Shown piece by piece: positions 11,800-25,768 of a stretch of DNA of 63,737 nucleotides. Within the stretch, counting starts at the first letter, position 1; every line of letters starts with the position of its first letter. The notes beneath the pieces are model-generated. The model ran no database searches. It was given only the letters and a program-made list of their open reading frames with translations, and had not been told where the DNA came from. A program made the translations under genes and the position numbers. This DNA comes from Chiloscyllium plagiosum (Eukaryota): assembly GCF_004010195.1 (NCBI RefSeq), contig NC_057750.1:18923860-18987596 (forward strand), given 5' to 3'.

Positions 11800-14700
11800 A
11801 TAACGAATGGCCATGTGGACAAAACTCAGCAAGAGGGAGGGTGCAATCACTATGTTGGAATTGTACTGTCAATAGTCAGCCGGTGATAGACGAACGGATA
11901 TGTGGACAGAAAATGGGGGGATGCGGGGAGGGGAATGACAACAGGATTGCTGTGGTGGGTGATTTTAACTTCTATATTGACTGGGACTCACTTAGTGCCT
12001 GTGGCACGAATGGGGAAGATTTTTTAGGTGTACCCAGGACAGTTTTTTGAAACAATAAATAGTCCAAGTAGCGATCTGGAATTGGAGAATGAGCCCAGTC
12101 ACGTGATTAAAATTTCAGTGGAGGAGCATTTTGAAAACAGTAACGCTTATTCTGTAAGTTTTAAGTGGATAAGGATATCAGCAGTACTCAAGAGAAAAAA
12201 AACTGCAGGGAGTCTCATTATCACAATATTAGGCTGGGACAAATGACAGCTTTTGAAGATAAGTCTGGTAAGTGGGAATCTTTTAAAGACCAGTTGAATG
12301 GCGGTCAGGATCAGTTGGTTCTGATGGATGATAAGATTCAGGAATCGTGAACACAAAAGGAATTCTGAGATGAATCAAAGAGCCCCCGAAGAACACAAAG
12401 ATAGCAAGAATGAACTCAAACAACGAATTAGGATGGATAGAACTGGCCATAAAATGTCTTTGGAAAACAGGATAAAGGAAAATCCCAAGACATTTTATAC
12501 ATAAGGAGCAAGAGGAGAGCTAAAGTTAATGTAAGTCCCCTCATGGACGAAAGAGACAACGTGTGCATGGAGCCAGAGGATGTGGCTGAGGTTCTTACTG
12601 AGTACTTTGCATTGGTATTCAGAAAGGAGGAGGACATGGAGGATGGCGGGTTTTGGGGGGTTGCGCATGTTGATTTTCTGGGCCACGTCAATATGAAAAA
12701 GGAGAAGGTTTTGAGAGTTTTAAAATGAATTAAGATAAATGCGCTCTTGGGATCTGATGGGTTCTACCTCAAAATGTTGACGGAGGCAGGTGAGGAAATC
12801 GCTGGGGCCTTGTATGAAATGCTTGTCTCCTCTTTAGTCTGGGAGTGGTCCAAGTGGACTTGAGAATAGCCAGTATGTCGTTCCTTTATTTAAGAAGCAC
12901 AACAGGATTAAACCAAAAAAAGTTACATGCCACATGCTATCAGTACCAGGGAAATTATTGTAGAGATTCTGGGTAATCCAAGATGGAGGACGGGAAAAGT
13001 TTCTGGCTGTAAGAGCTGCTCCCTTTTTGGAGGTATTTTAGGTGTTGGAGGTGATGTCCTCGAAGTCCAGGAGCAGCAATTACTGTTTTATATGCTGTTG
13101 CATTGTTTTAGAACATCGGAGGAAAAAAAGTCAAAACAACAGCAGTTTTAAAAGGGGGAAGAGCAGACAAAGGAAGCACATGGTGAGGACAGTGGAGGAG
13201 AGAGAGAGAACCTGAACAGTTACTGCATTTGCTGTTCTTGAATTCATGTGTCGCTGGACATCGGAGTGCATCTGGGAAAATTAACACACAGTGATTTGCA
13301 CAACTAATCTTGGAGGAACCAGTTTGGGCGAAGTTCACAGCACAGAATCAGGTAAGTTAATTGTTGTTTTAAGTCTATCCAAGAGAAAGGCTGTATTAGT
13401 GGGTTCTTTCTTGATTATATGTTTTTGGAGATAAGTCTCTTGATTAAACTTAAAATATAAGCCATAGCTATTAATTTAACCTGGTGCAGTGTTTTGTAGG
13501 GGAATAAGACAGTGTTATTTTCTAGGTCTATAGTTGTGAAGGAGCAAAACTGGTCTTTGCAGTGATATGTACTTCTAGTCAGATATGGGAGTTTAAAGAG
13601 AGTTTAAGGGTTACTGCGGATTATATCTGCCATAATTGCTGTTGGATGTGAATCTAATCAGATCGAGTGGATTGGATGTAGAGACAGATAGAAGCGATGA
13701 AAATTTGCAATGTGTGATGGATGGCTGTTATAGGAAGGGGGGAAAGTCTCAGATACAGTCACATAGATGGGTTAACTCCAGGAAGAGTAAGAGTAAGGGC
13801 AGGAGTCTTTTGTGGATATACCCATTTCAAACAGGTATGTTGTTTTGGAAAATGTAAAGGGTGATGGATTCTCAGGGCAACTTAGCATGAACAGCCAGGT
13901 TTCTGGTACTGAGACTGGCTCTAATGCAACGAAGGGTACGTCAGCTTCCCAGAGATCAATTTTGTTAGGGGATTCTCTAGTCCGAGGAACAGACAGACGT
14001 TTCTGTGGCCAGCAGAGAAAAAGCAGAATGGTGTGTTGTTTCCCTGGTGCCAGGATTAAGGATGTCTCAGGGAGGGTGCAGAATGTTCACGGGGGAGAGG
14101 GGCCAGCAAGAGGTCATTGTCCATATTGGAACCAACGATATAGGAAGGGGAAACGTTGAGATTCTGAAGGGAGATTACAAGGAGTTAGGCAGAAATGTAA
14201 AAAGGGGGTCCTCAAGGGTAGTAATATCTGGGTTACGTTATAAACCTGCACTTCAAGGTCTCTTTGTTCAGCAACATTCCTTTGGACCTTACCATTAAGT
14301 GCATAAGGTCCTGCTAAGGTGTGCTTTCCCAAAATGCAGCACCTCGTATTTGTCTGAATTAAACTCCATCTGCTACGTCTCCGCCCATTGTCACATCTGG
14401 TCCAGATCCTATTGTAATTGAGGTAACCCTCTTCGTTGTCCACCACATCTCCAATTTTGGTGTCATCTGCAAACTTACTAACTGTACCTCTTATGCTTGC
14501 ATCCAAATCATTTATGTAAATGACAAAAAGTAGAGGGCCCAGCACTCCACTGGTCACAGGACTCCAGTCTGATAAACAACCCTCCACAACCACCCTCTGT
14601 CTTCTACCTTTGAGCCAGTTCTGTATCCAAATGGCTAGTTATCCCTTTATTCCATGAGATCTAACCTTGCTAGTCAGTTTCCCATGTGGAACCTTGTCGA

Positions 14701-16780
14701 ATGCCTTACCAAAGTCCATATAGATCACATCAAATGCTCTGCACTCATCAATTTTCTTTGTTACTTCTTCAAAAAACGCAATCAAGTTTGTGAGACATGG
14801 TTTCCCACGCACAAAGCCATGTTGACTATCCCGAATCAGTCCTCTCTCAGGATTCCCTCCAACAACTTACGCACCACTGAGGTCAGAGGCTTTTGGATGG
14901 GTATATGAATAGGAAGGATTTGGAGGTATATGGGCCGGGTGCTGGCTGATGGGACTAGATTGGCTGGGATATCTGGTCAGCATGGACAGGTTGGACTGAA
15001 GGTCTGTTTCCATACTGTACATCTCTATAACTCTATGACTCTCTAAGATTCTTGAGGAGAAAAATATGAATTTGCTGCTGCTGTGCTTTGTAGTCAGTTT
15101 CTTTTTTTAATGAAGAAAGGATGAGACAGACGTATCTGCTCCAAGCCCAATAATTAAACAGCCTTGTGATGCCTTGTTTCTTCTTAAAGTTAAAACATTC
15201 AAAGCAGCCTGAACGTGTGGGGCCAAAATCCCAGAGAACCAGGAGTTTTAGTTTAGCTTTCAATAGCTGTTGCTAGGAACCTGAAGCTGGATCTGAGCCT
15301 TCCTGTTCCTCTCTCTAGTGCAACTAGAAGCTGGGTTTGTCTTCCAGCTGCGAGATATGCATGTGCGACAATCAATATTACTGAATTTGCCTTTGCAAGG
15401 GTGAGTTTATGATTTGTGGCTACATTGAAACAGTTAATGAGGTGTTCAATATTTTGTGAAGCGTTTCAATAGTTCCAGTTAAGCTAATTCTTTTATTTTA
15501 TTTTAGTTTGTCTGTATTTTAATCGTAATCTCTGAGTTAAGTGTGTTTTGCTTCTGGACCACAGTCTTGATCAATCGAATTTTCTCAGAGTGCCTGCCCC
15601 TTGCTTTTGCCATAAGGAAGTTAGGGTGTAGGCTATCTCCTTGACATGTTTTGAGGGGGTTTACTCTGGTCCATAGCAACAGGCAGCATGGATTTGTGTA
15701 GGGAAGATTGTATCTCACAAACGTGACTGTTTTTTGAAGAAGTGACAAAGATGGTTAGGGGCTGGGCGGCAGACGGTGTCTGTATGGGGTTGAGCAAGGT
15801 CTTTGATGAGTTGGGAGGCTAATACAAAAGGCGATGTCACATGTGATCTGCAGTGAGCTCGTACGGAGAAGAATACAGAACCGGCTTAATGGTGGAAAGT
15901 TGTCTTTCTGACTGGAGATTTATGATCAGTGATGTTCTGCAGGGATCAGTGCCAGGAACTCTGTTATTTGTAATACATATACAAATGATATGGAGGAAAA
16001 TTTAGATAGTCAGATTACAATGTTTTAGGATCACACAACGATTGATGGAGCTGTGGGTAGTAAGAAGGTCAGCTGGAGGATACAGCAGGATATAAATAGG
16101 CTGGAGGCATGGTCAGAGAATTGGTAGATGGATTTTAATCTGGAAAATGTGAGGTGATAGTATCTTGAAAGATCTAATGCAGGATGGAAGTATACTGTAA
16201 GTGGCAGAACTCTTTGTCGCATCAAAATACAGAGGGTTCTAAGTGTAAAGGTCCACAATTCCCTGAAAGTGACAACATAAGGTGGTCAAGAAGCACAGAG
16301 CATGTTTGCTTTCATCAGTTATGACATAGATTATAAAAACTGACAAATACTGCTGTATAGAACTTCAGTTTGGTCATATTTCAAATGCTGTGTACAGTTC
16401 CAGGCACCACAATACTAACAGGATGTGGAGGCTTTTGAGACGGTGCAGAAGTGGTTTACTAGGATGTGGCCTAGTTTGAAGGTTATTAACAATGAGGAGA
16501 TATTGGACAAACTTAATTTGTTTTCACTTGAACGTTGAAGGATGAGGTGCAACCTAATAGATGTTTATAAATTGAGAGATATGGATAATTGGAGTCATTT
16601 TCCCATGGTAGAAATGTCAATTACTAGGCATGTTTTGAAAAAAAAAAGATGTGCGAGACATGTTTTTCAGAAAGAAGGTGGTAAATGCTTGTAATGCGCT
16701 GCCAGAGGTGATGGTTCAGGCGGATACAATAATCGCATTTTAAGATACACCTTGCCAGTTCCATGAAGAGAGGGGTTTTC
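11800..16780 (+). mobile_element. Old CR1 ORF2 remnant with nested younger CR1 (about 12970-15050) and an LTR-like repeat
   Basis: VVGDFN endonuclease, EYFALVF and RT motifs; nested ORF1 esterase LGDSLVRGTDRRFCG..CCFPGARIKDV; inverted RT piece SKFADDTK at about 14235-14885. Confidence 0.8.
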
Positions 16781-19700
16781 AGGGGTTAGAGGGAGTCAAG
16801 ATTAGAGTGGTGCTGGAAAAGAACAGCAGATCAGGCAGGATCCGAGGAGCAGGAAAATCGAACTAGATAACGGCCCGGGACATGGGTGAGGAAGCATTTT
16901 GGAAGGTAGAGTGTGATGTTGAAAAATGCAAAGGTTTTTGGTGTTTTTCAAGACAACTCGTGTCGGAGAGACCTGACCAGGACAAAATTTCACGAGGCAG
17001 CAGAGTTCAGGTGAATAGATGTTTAGTCGAGCAATTACCGGTATCATACAGGCAGTGGCACTCGACAACTCCACACAGCACTTTGTCAAATGTATTCCAG
17101 CCTCGTGCAAGCAGATTCTCAGTTTATATATTTTCCTTGTCCTTCTCTGAAATCGCTGAGAACATCTGCTCCCCGTATAATATTGGGGAATGGTGTTGGC
17201 TGGTCAAACTGTGATTGGATCTCTTTTACATCATTCAATGCCAACAATTTGCTTGCTGCTGTGTGTTTAACTGCCAAGTAATTAGATAGGGGACTTTTAA
17301 ATTTCTCATTGCAGACAATCCAAAGGAATATTGATTATTGATCAGTTCCAACAAACTTATGTGGTTACATCCAATGGTAGATTTCTTTAAGTTAGCCAAC
17401 TGTATTTCAACGTGTTACTTAAATCCACATTCCAATGTCTGATCATCTCCCTCTTCCCTGGAATGATTGGGTTGCTGGGGCGGGGCGAGGAGGTGGGGGC
17501 TGTGTGTGGGGCGAGCTTCTATTTTCGGAAACTAGTTTGAATCTTTTTCTCTAATTCTTTTAGTGACCTTTTTGTATCAATGTGAAATCATAGTTACTTC
17601 TGCATCCCTATGTATGATTATCTGAAGGACCTTAACGATAACGTACACTTAATATTGTGCCTGATTGATGAAATAATTCAAGAGAAACAACAAATTAGTG
17701 TGAAATTTTTTTCTTATGTAAACCACTGCAGCTACTATCCTTCATTACACAGACTTGCTATTTACCATGTTGGAGACTACATTAAAAAGACATTTCCAAA
17801 GCTCCCTATCTACTGTCAGCCATGTTTTTCAGAGCTAGAGGGGCAACATTTAGTCATTTTGTGCTGCTCAGTTATGGGCAACCTTAACAAATACAAAAGT
17901 AGCATAGCATTAGGGAGACTGAAAAATGTTTCAATACAGAAGGTTCTGGGTCTCCTCATGCATGAGCACGATCAGAAATATAAGTTTGTGTGGGGGAACA
18001 ACAAGGAAATAAGCTCCAGGTATCCCAGCCAACCTCTAGAACACCACGACCAATAACGATTTTCCATCACCATCAAATTACGAAGTCTCTAAGATTCCTT
18101 TGAATGTAAACCAGGTGGAAATGTTGTTACCAAATGTAGCACATGTACATTCGTCTTTGAAACAGGGAGCATACCAGGGTTAACAGTGAACAGAGTGAAT
18201 TATTCGAGCAATCCTGGCATATACTAATCCCCAGCTGGTGACCATCATAGCATCCAATCCACCTTCAACAGGATTGACACAGTACTCTTTCAGGTATAGG
18301 GAGATGAAACGCAGAGGTTTTACAGAATACTCATTGAAACGGACCAGCAATCTGCAACGATTGAAGTGAAAATTATAGCGTGGGCATGCAATAAAAATCT
18401 GACAACGTCATAAGGCTCCAGTTTGAGATAAAAACCGGCTATAAACCTTTGGTCACTCTGCTGAACATAAAATAGTAACAGTTAAGACGCCTCCCTAGAA
18501 TTTAAGAGGTCAGATTGAGGCTGATACGTTATGGCTTAGCCATTGAATCCATACAGGTACCATTCAGGATAACGGAGTGAAAACAGATTTTGCCTTCACT
18601 TCGGAGGCTGAAGTCTAAATCTCAGAAGTCAGAAAAGATTTACCACTGACAGAAAGGAATCTAGATGTATCAGGAAGCTCAAAATTGTGATGAAGAATGT
18701 GTCTTAAATATCTAATGAAGCTGTTCAGGAAATTTAATCAATATTTCCCCCTTGTGCCAGGACTTGGAGCAATGTCGACACCTCACTCTCATCAATAACT
18801 TTCTAGTATTTGAAGGGTAATTGGTGACACTAGGAGCAAAAATACCTGAAATTCTTCAGACAATTCACCTGGATCATTTCGTCATTAGAAAGTGCCATTC
18901 AAGTGTGTCACTGTCAATATGGTGGCCAGAGGTTTCTTAAGATGCAATTAAATAGTCATTTTTTTTAAATTGAAAATGGCTAGGAATCAACAGCAGCATT
19001 TTGGAGACTAATTGCACTTAGATACCATGCAGACGATCAAAAGCAAAGGTCATATCGAGTATAAGTCTGCACTCGCAAAATACCCATGAGGTTGTGGATT
19101 CAATTGAAGGTGTCAGCCTTTATGCTGGTGATGTTTGCTTGCAACTCTTTGTGATACAATAAATATGAAAGAGACAGAAGAAAGAACTGAATTGGTCATG
19201 ATTACTAAACAGTCAGAAGGCGTTGAATCCCTCCAAAGTGGAAATGGATCTTTCGGTCCAACAAGTTCACACCGACCCTCTGACAAGTTCCCCACCCAGA
19301 CCCGAACCGAATGCTTTGGCAATGTATCATAGCCAATTCACTTAAGCTATACATGGTGGGCTTGGGACGACACCGAGCACCAGGAGGAAACCCACACAGA
19401 CATGCGGAAGGTGTTCGAACTCCACACAGAGTCGCTCAAGCCTGGAAGCGAATGCGGATTCCTGATGCTGTGAGGCAGCAATGCTAACCACTTACCACAG
19501 CGCCACCCACACTGGCGCTGCGAATAGTTAAATAGCTTTTTGATATTTGTGAATATGAACTTCATGAAAAGTTGAGTAGTTCCCACTTTTCCAGGATAAA
19601 TCCAAGAACAACAAATGGCCTTTATTCCTGTCCCTGATCATAAGGGGTGAATATCCTCTTCCTCCATCTATCTTCTTATGGAGCCATGGATGAGACACAA

Positions 19701-19914
19701 GTGTCTGTCATTGACTTTGTTCTCCGAGAGAATAGTCGTCGACTTTCAGTTGCTGACTCAACATTATTTATATAATTCCAGAGCATTTATATCTACTTTT
19801 TAAAAATAAGTCTATGCTCATTGAAATCGACGCGGCCACTTTGCAAAAGGCAAACAAAACTGTTTTTGTTTTTGGGATGTTTTTGTTGAACTGCTCCTTC
19901 TCTGAGTCACTGTA

Positions 19915-20353
19915 AAGACTCCCGGCGCAGCAATACACGGCTGAATGATTCGTTCGAAGGCGGGAGGACTTCAGGTTGAACATAGAAGCACTTGGTCACT
20001 CAACGGTGAAACCGTCCATGATCCTATCTGGAATCACAAACTGTGTAGTACTGGAGTAAAACAATAACTGCAGTTCCTTCTCAGAGTATTGTCTGTACCA
20101 GTACATGTCATCAATACCGGCTACCTCAACCATGTATTTCAGTTGCACATTGTCGCTAACAACTTTGGAAACAGATGGAGGAGTCTGGTGGACAGTCACT
20201 GAGTTCACGTCTGAGGAAGAGATAGGGAGAAAGAAAGTGAATCAAGTATTTGGAGAACGTGAGAACGTGAGGTAAATTAAACATTATGAAATGAAATAAT
20301 AAATGGTATCACTTGCAACGAAATAAAATTATGAGACACACTATGAGATGCAT
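19915..20353 (-). pseudogene. TRBV: TCR V pseudogene, family A copy 2
   Basis: First Cys changed to Tyr, in-frame TGA at 19996-19998, YYCAWS changed to YCCAGS, GC donor, heptamer TACAGTG with a 21-nt spacer (19878-19914). Confidence 0.9.
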
Positions 20354-22879
20354 CTTTTACTTCAAGTTTTCTTGTCGCTGAAAAAGAAAATGGAAAAAAT
20401 CCTAACACTTTAAAACGAAACCTTTCAAATTATTTAGAAAAGGTAAAGGGACACGGAAGTGATGCAGGTTGGAACAATATACCTCTCCCACTCAGTCTGA
20501 AATCCCACACTCTCTCTCCATGACTGGCTGAAGGAAAGCAGATAGGAGTAAGGGATTTCATAGGAGACAGAGACAGTGGATGTAGGTGGACAATGCAGGG
20601 GTAGATAGTTTAAAGTGGGCATAGAGTCATAGTCATAGAGGTGGAAACAGATTCTTCGGTCTAATTCGTCCATGCTGACCAGGAGCATGATACGGGGCTT
20701 TAAGGATTCAACAATAAGGACAATTTGTATTAATTTTGTCTGTATCGAGTACAGAAAATTGAGGGTGATCTGCCCATGAAGCATTTTTTTCCACTTTGAC
20801 ACGAATATTTTCTCTCTCTCTGACACACACACACACACAAACACATGCGTGCGCACTTGGGTGTATTATTTTATTTCAGATTCTTTCCTATTAACAACAT
20901 AAAACAGGTTCTCAGCTCAGCAGAGACGGGTTCAAAGTGGGACCTCACACCTAAAGTGCAGTGTCTAACCTCTTGGACATTAGGCAAAAGTGAGGACTGC
21001 AGATGCTGGAAACCAGAGTTTAAATGAGAGTGGTGCTGGAAAATCACAGCAGGTCAGGCAGCATTCGAGGAGCAGGAAAATCGTCGTTTCGGGCAAAAGC
21101 CATTCCTGCTGTGCTTTTCCAGCACCACTCTAATTTAACTTCTTGTACATTGACCAAACCTTTAATTATCTAGGAACAAAAACTTAAAACGAATCTGGAT
21201 TTTGTATTTTAATCAGCAGTCTACCTCCTAACTGGTTAAAGAAGTCAACCAGGGCAGCTAGGTTTAAAGTTGCTAACTTTTGTTTAAATAAATATTGTGT
21301 TTTATACCTCCCTATCAGACCATATCTAAGGAAGGAGGGGAGCTCCGAAAGCTTGCAATCTTAAATAAACGTTTTGGACTATAACCAGCTATCATTTGAT
21401 TTTTGATCTTGTCCACCCCAGTCCAATCTCGACATCATGAATAATATTTAGGGTGGGAGCTGTGTTAATGAATCTAAGTTAATAATCAAATGTAACCTCA
21501 TTGGATTGGTTCAGGAGACAACAGGGTCTCTATGAGGTTTATGATTCCTGTGCACCATACTCGAAAGGCACCCTCGGCTGGATAGTTGCTGAAAGAGAAC
21601 GCCAATGTTCCTTTTCACATTTGTTTTTGTAACGTGTTTTATGTTGACCCTAATTCACCAACTGTTCAAAATGGACATTGTCTACTGGCTGAACGAGCTC
21701 AATCCGTGGATACCAGTTGGACCCCATACTGTATAAGCTACCTGTCAAAGTTTGCTGTCACCTCCGTCTGAACCCTATGTCAACATATACAATGCACCGT
21801 TCTGTCTTCTCCAACTCACGTTCTAATCACAGGATCATTACTGTATAAAAGGAAACGATTCAGCTCATGAAGTGTGCACGGCGTTTTGAGCATTCTAACT
21901 TGGTTAAAAGACTTCTGCTGTTTCCTGTTAGGCCTGCGCATTAGTTTTGTTTAAATATGCATCTAACTCCATCATGTGTTCCTCAGTAAAACTCACCTCC
22001 GCAACAGTTCCGAGTACTACCTTCTATATTCCAATTACCCGCTGTGTTGAAACGTTTTTCATTGGCTCGCATTTCCTTCTTTTGCACAATAGCTCTAAAG
22101 CATACTCTCTGGTTCTCGATCTCTTTTTCTCCCTATCTACCCTGTCAACGTCCGTCGCTTTTCAAACCTCGTTTGAAAAATCCTCGTTTGCCTTCTCCTC
22201 ACCAAGGAGACCAATTTCAATGTTTTCAGTCTATCCTCAGAACTGAAATGTTACATCCCCGGAACCATTCTTATAAACCTTTTCTGCACTCTCTCGATTG
22301 CATTCACAGCTTCAATTCCAGACCTGTTCACAGCCCTGCAGCTGAACTCTAACCATTGCCTTAAGTAAACCCATAAAAATCTCCCTGCTCTTGCACTTTA
22401 CCTCCCTATTTATGAAGGTTAGAACATTGTATGTTTTAATAACGGCTTTCTCCATCACATTCAATGACGTACACAAAGGTCACTCTGCTCCTGCACACCC
22501 TGTAGAATTTTGCTTAACATTATACTCGCCATGTTTCTCCTGAATTTCCCTTTGTGGTTATTTGTGACTCATAATCATTCTGTCCTGGCCTTCCAGAACA
22601 GAAACATTTTCTGATATGAAACCTTTCATAATTATAAAGAGGTTCATTAGATACGTTCTGAATGTTGTGGTTTCAACAGAGAGGTAAGGGTTACTTTGAG
22701 TTTGTTGCAATTTCTCAGTTCTGGCAACCTTCCTGTGTAGTTGCCTTTTCACGCTTCCTCGTGCTCCTCAATCCAGCTTTCCACTAACTCTTTCTCTCAA
22801 ATGGCAAGCAAATATAGCAGGTCAAGGAAAAGCACAGTTTGGACGAAAGTAGCTGTTTCCTGCCACCTTTGGGGTGTTT

Positions 22880-23341
22880 GTCACTCAAGCAGTTGTACAC
22901 GCTTGACTGACTCAGCCCAAGCTGGAAGTCTGCAGGTAGAACTCAGAGTCATTCGGTCTGTCGGCGGTAAAACCGTCCACCGGCTGGTTTGGAATCACAG
23001 TAAAGGCAGTGAAACATCAGCTGCGACTCTTTGCCCGCTTGTTGCCTGTACCAGTAAATGTAAGGATCGCGTGTGCCCATGACAGTGAACTTCAATTTTC
23101 CTCTGTGCCGTGGATTGCTGGAGACAGCTGCGGGAGTCTGTCGGATATGACTGCGAGTCGGCGCCTGGAATTAAGAAAACTAGTAAATTGGAGCATCCAG
23201 GTCAACGTCGAAAAATCGAAAGGGAAATGGGAGTATGAAAGAAAGACAAAAAGCAAGGTAGAAAGTAAAGCTAAACTACAGAAAATCTGTGTAAAGCTTC
23301 TTATAGCGAAAAATGACCATAATGCGCAGTTACAGGTACAT
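22880..23341 (-). pseudogene. TRBV: TCR V pseudogene, family D copy 1
   Basis: Leader with TAA at codon 4 and donor GT->AT. Degenerate exon IRQTPAAVS..YIYWYRQQAGKESQLMF..VDGFTADRP with frameshifts. Heptamer and spacer deleted. Confidence 0.8.
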
Positions 23342-25280
23342 CTTGTGTCTGCAATTTCTTCTTAATTAAGCGATGAGTCGAGAACAAGAGTTTGGGAGGA
23401 TTCATCTTGACGATCAGGAAAAAAAAATCAATTTGAAACTAATACACATAAGCAGGAAGAGAGAACAATACTGCCAATGCATCGAGGGCGTGTACCAATC
23501 CCTCTAACCCGTTCGATCCAATCAGAATTAACGTGCTTGTTTCTTTGCAATTCCTCCTCAATCGGAGTTAATGAAAATGCAAGCAATCACGTCTGGATTC
23601 CCGATTAGCCACTAGTGCATTGACAATATGAGGACTGCAGATGTTGGAGATCAGAGTCAAGACTGTGGTGCTGGAAAAGCACAGCAGGGCAGGCAGCCTC
23701 CGAGAAGGAGGCGAATCAACGTTTCGGGCATGAGCCCTTTATCAGAAATTGTACCTCAGGTTCCACAGGTGGACATACCATGACTACTTCTGAACCAGAA
23801 TGTCAGTTTGGACGAACTCAAAGGGTCTTTCTGTATTTCCGTTTTTAAATTTCAAAAATACAGTTTACTTCTGATGTCACCTCACCTTGAGCTTGGCACA
23901 TTTCAACATATTTTTGCCAGGAATATGTCTGAGACAATTGCATATACTGATCATAACGCCTTTCAGCTTTTGGGAAAAAAAGGATAAAAAAGGATAAAAA
24001 GTCCAATTGTTTCTAATGGATCTTAGTATTGCAGCCATTCAATTTGAAACTAATACACATAGCAGGAAGAGAGAACAATACTGCCAAAGCATTGTTGCGA
24101 CTGAGATGAAGGAAGACAGAGGCATTTGCAGGCAGGAAACGTGGACTGAAATGGACTATCGTAATGGATGTTTGCATGTTTAGAGTCAATATAATGTATT
24201 GATGGTTCATTTTTAAGGGGTGATCTGTGGTGATACTATGGCTTTAACAAGTGCATGTTGTCTTGCTTTTTTATGAAGAAGGTTGAGACAGAGGTGATGA
24301 CCAGTCTGCTCGAGGTCAATGAAGTAAACAGCTAGTGTGGCCTTGGGCCTTTTTGTTTAAAGTTGGTTCAATAGAAGCAATCTAGGTGGGCAGGATCAAG
24401 CTCCCACCGAACCAGGAATTTTAGATTTAACTTATGGCATTTGCTGGGATATTAACTGTAGAAGCTCTTATTCCTCTCTCTCTACTACAGCTAAAAGCCG
24501 GGGTTCTGTTCTTGCTGCTAGAATTACATATGAGGCAGTGTATTTTACTGAATTTGCCTTTCCCAATGGTGTGTAGAGGCGATGTTATCATTTTGGAACA
24601 GTTCATTAGTAACATTTAATATACATTGATATGATAATCGTTTCGATTAAGTTACAGTTAAGCCAATTCTTTTCTTGACTTTAACTTACAATATAGTGGG
24701 TTTTACTTAAAATGGAGTCGATTGACTAATCAAATTGCATGGGGAAAGCAACGTCTTATTTTTAAAATAAGGAAATGTTATTGTCTAGATTAGCTTCTTA
24801 ATATATTTTGAGGGTTTTGATCTGGTCCGTAACCGGGGTTCTAATAGAAATCTACAAAATAGCAACATGATTTGGGACGGCTAAACGCAGGAAGTACGTT
24901 TCCGATGACCTGGGAGTTCAGAACCAGGGTTCACAGTTAATGAGAGAGAGTAGGCCTCTTACGAATGAGAACGACGGGAAATTTATTCAACTAGAACATA
25001 GTGAACCTGTGGAATTTTGCTGAGACCAAAAATAAATGCATGTTTTCAGGAAGGTGTTAGATAGAGCAAAGTGTTCGTCAACGTCGTTCAGTTCTTTCCA
25101 AAGTGAAAATCCCTCCGCTCTGGTATCATTGCTGTGACGTTATTGCTTTTTAAAAATCTCCGGCTGCACATTTGTCTTGTCGCTCTAAATGGGGAGGGAA
25201 GAGAGATGGGACTTAGGGCTGTCCTCAACAGGACGAAAGTATGAGTGATGTCGTTGACAGCTGCTTCCTGCTGTCTTTGG

Positions 25281-25320
25281 GGGTTTTGCTGAGCTGCTCT
25301 ATCTCTTCTGAGTCACTGTG
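25281..25320 (-). other. RSS of V B2 (24-bp spacer, variant nonamer)
   Basis: CACAGTG (25314-25320), 24 nt, GCAAAACCC (25281-25289). Confidence 0.8.
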
Positions 25321-25768
25321 AATACTCCAGGCACAGTAATAAACAGCCGAGTGATGCGCCTGCAGGTTGCGAGACTCCAGGTTAAAGTCAGAGCCACTCG
25401 GTCGTGTGGCGGTGAAACCGTCCGCCGCTCCTTCTTCATTCACAATTTCTGCACCTGCAGAATAAAACATCAGCTGCAGCTCCTTTCCCGGGTATTGTCT
25501 GTACCAGAACATGTGACCGCTACTCTCACCCTTCACCGTGCACCTCAACTCCACTGCCTTGCCGAGGGACCTGGAGATGCTGCTGGGAGTCTGAACGACT
25601 CTCGCTGTCTTCACGTCTGAGAAAGGGAAAAGTTCAGTAAACAGAGCAATTGTTACGGAGAAGGAGAAAGGAAATGAATAAAGCACAAATGAGGGTTGTT
25701 CCCTCAAATTATTAGATGAACAATCACTTACATGGCAATAACGTCATGAGGCTCAGAAAGAGATACAT
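25321..25768 (-). CDS. TRBV: TCR V gene segment, family B copy 2, open ORF; leader 25732-25768, V exon 25321-25616
   Basis: Leader MYLFLSLMTLLP, GT/AG intact, ..LRCTVKGESSGHMFWYRQ..HHSAVYYCAWS. Confidence 0.88.
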
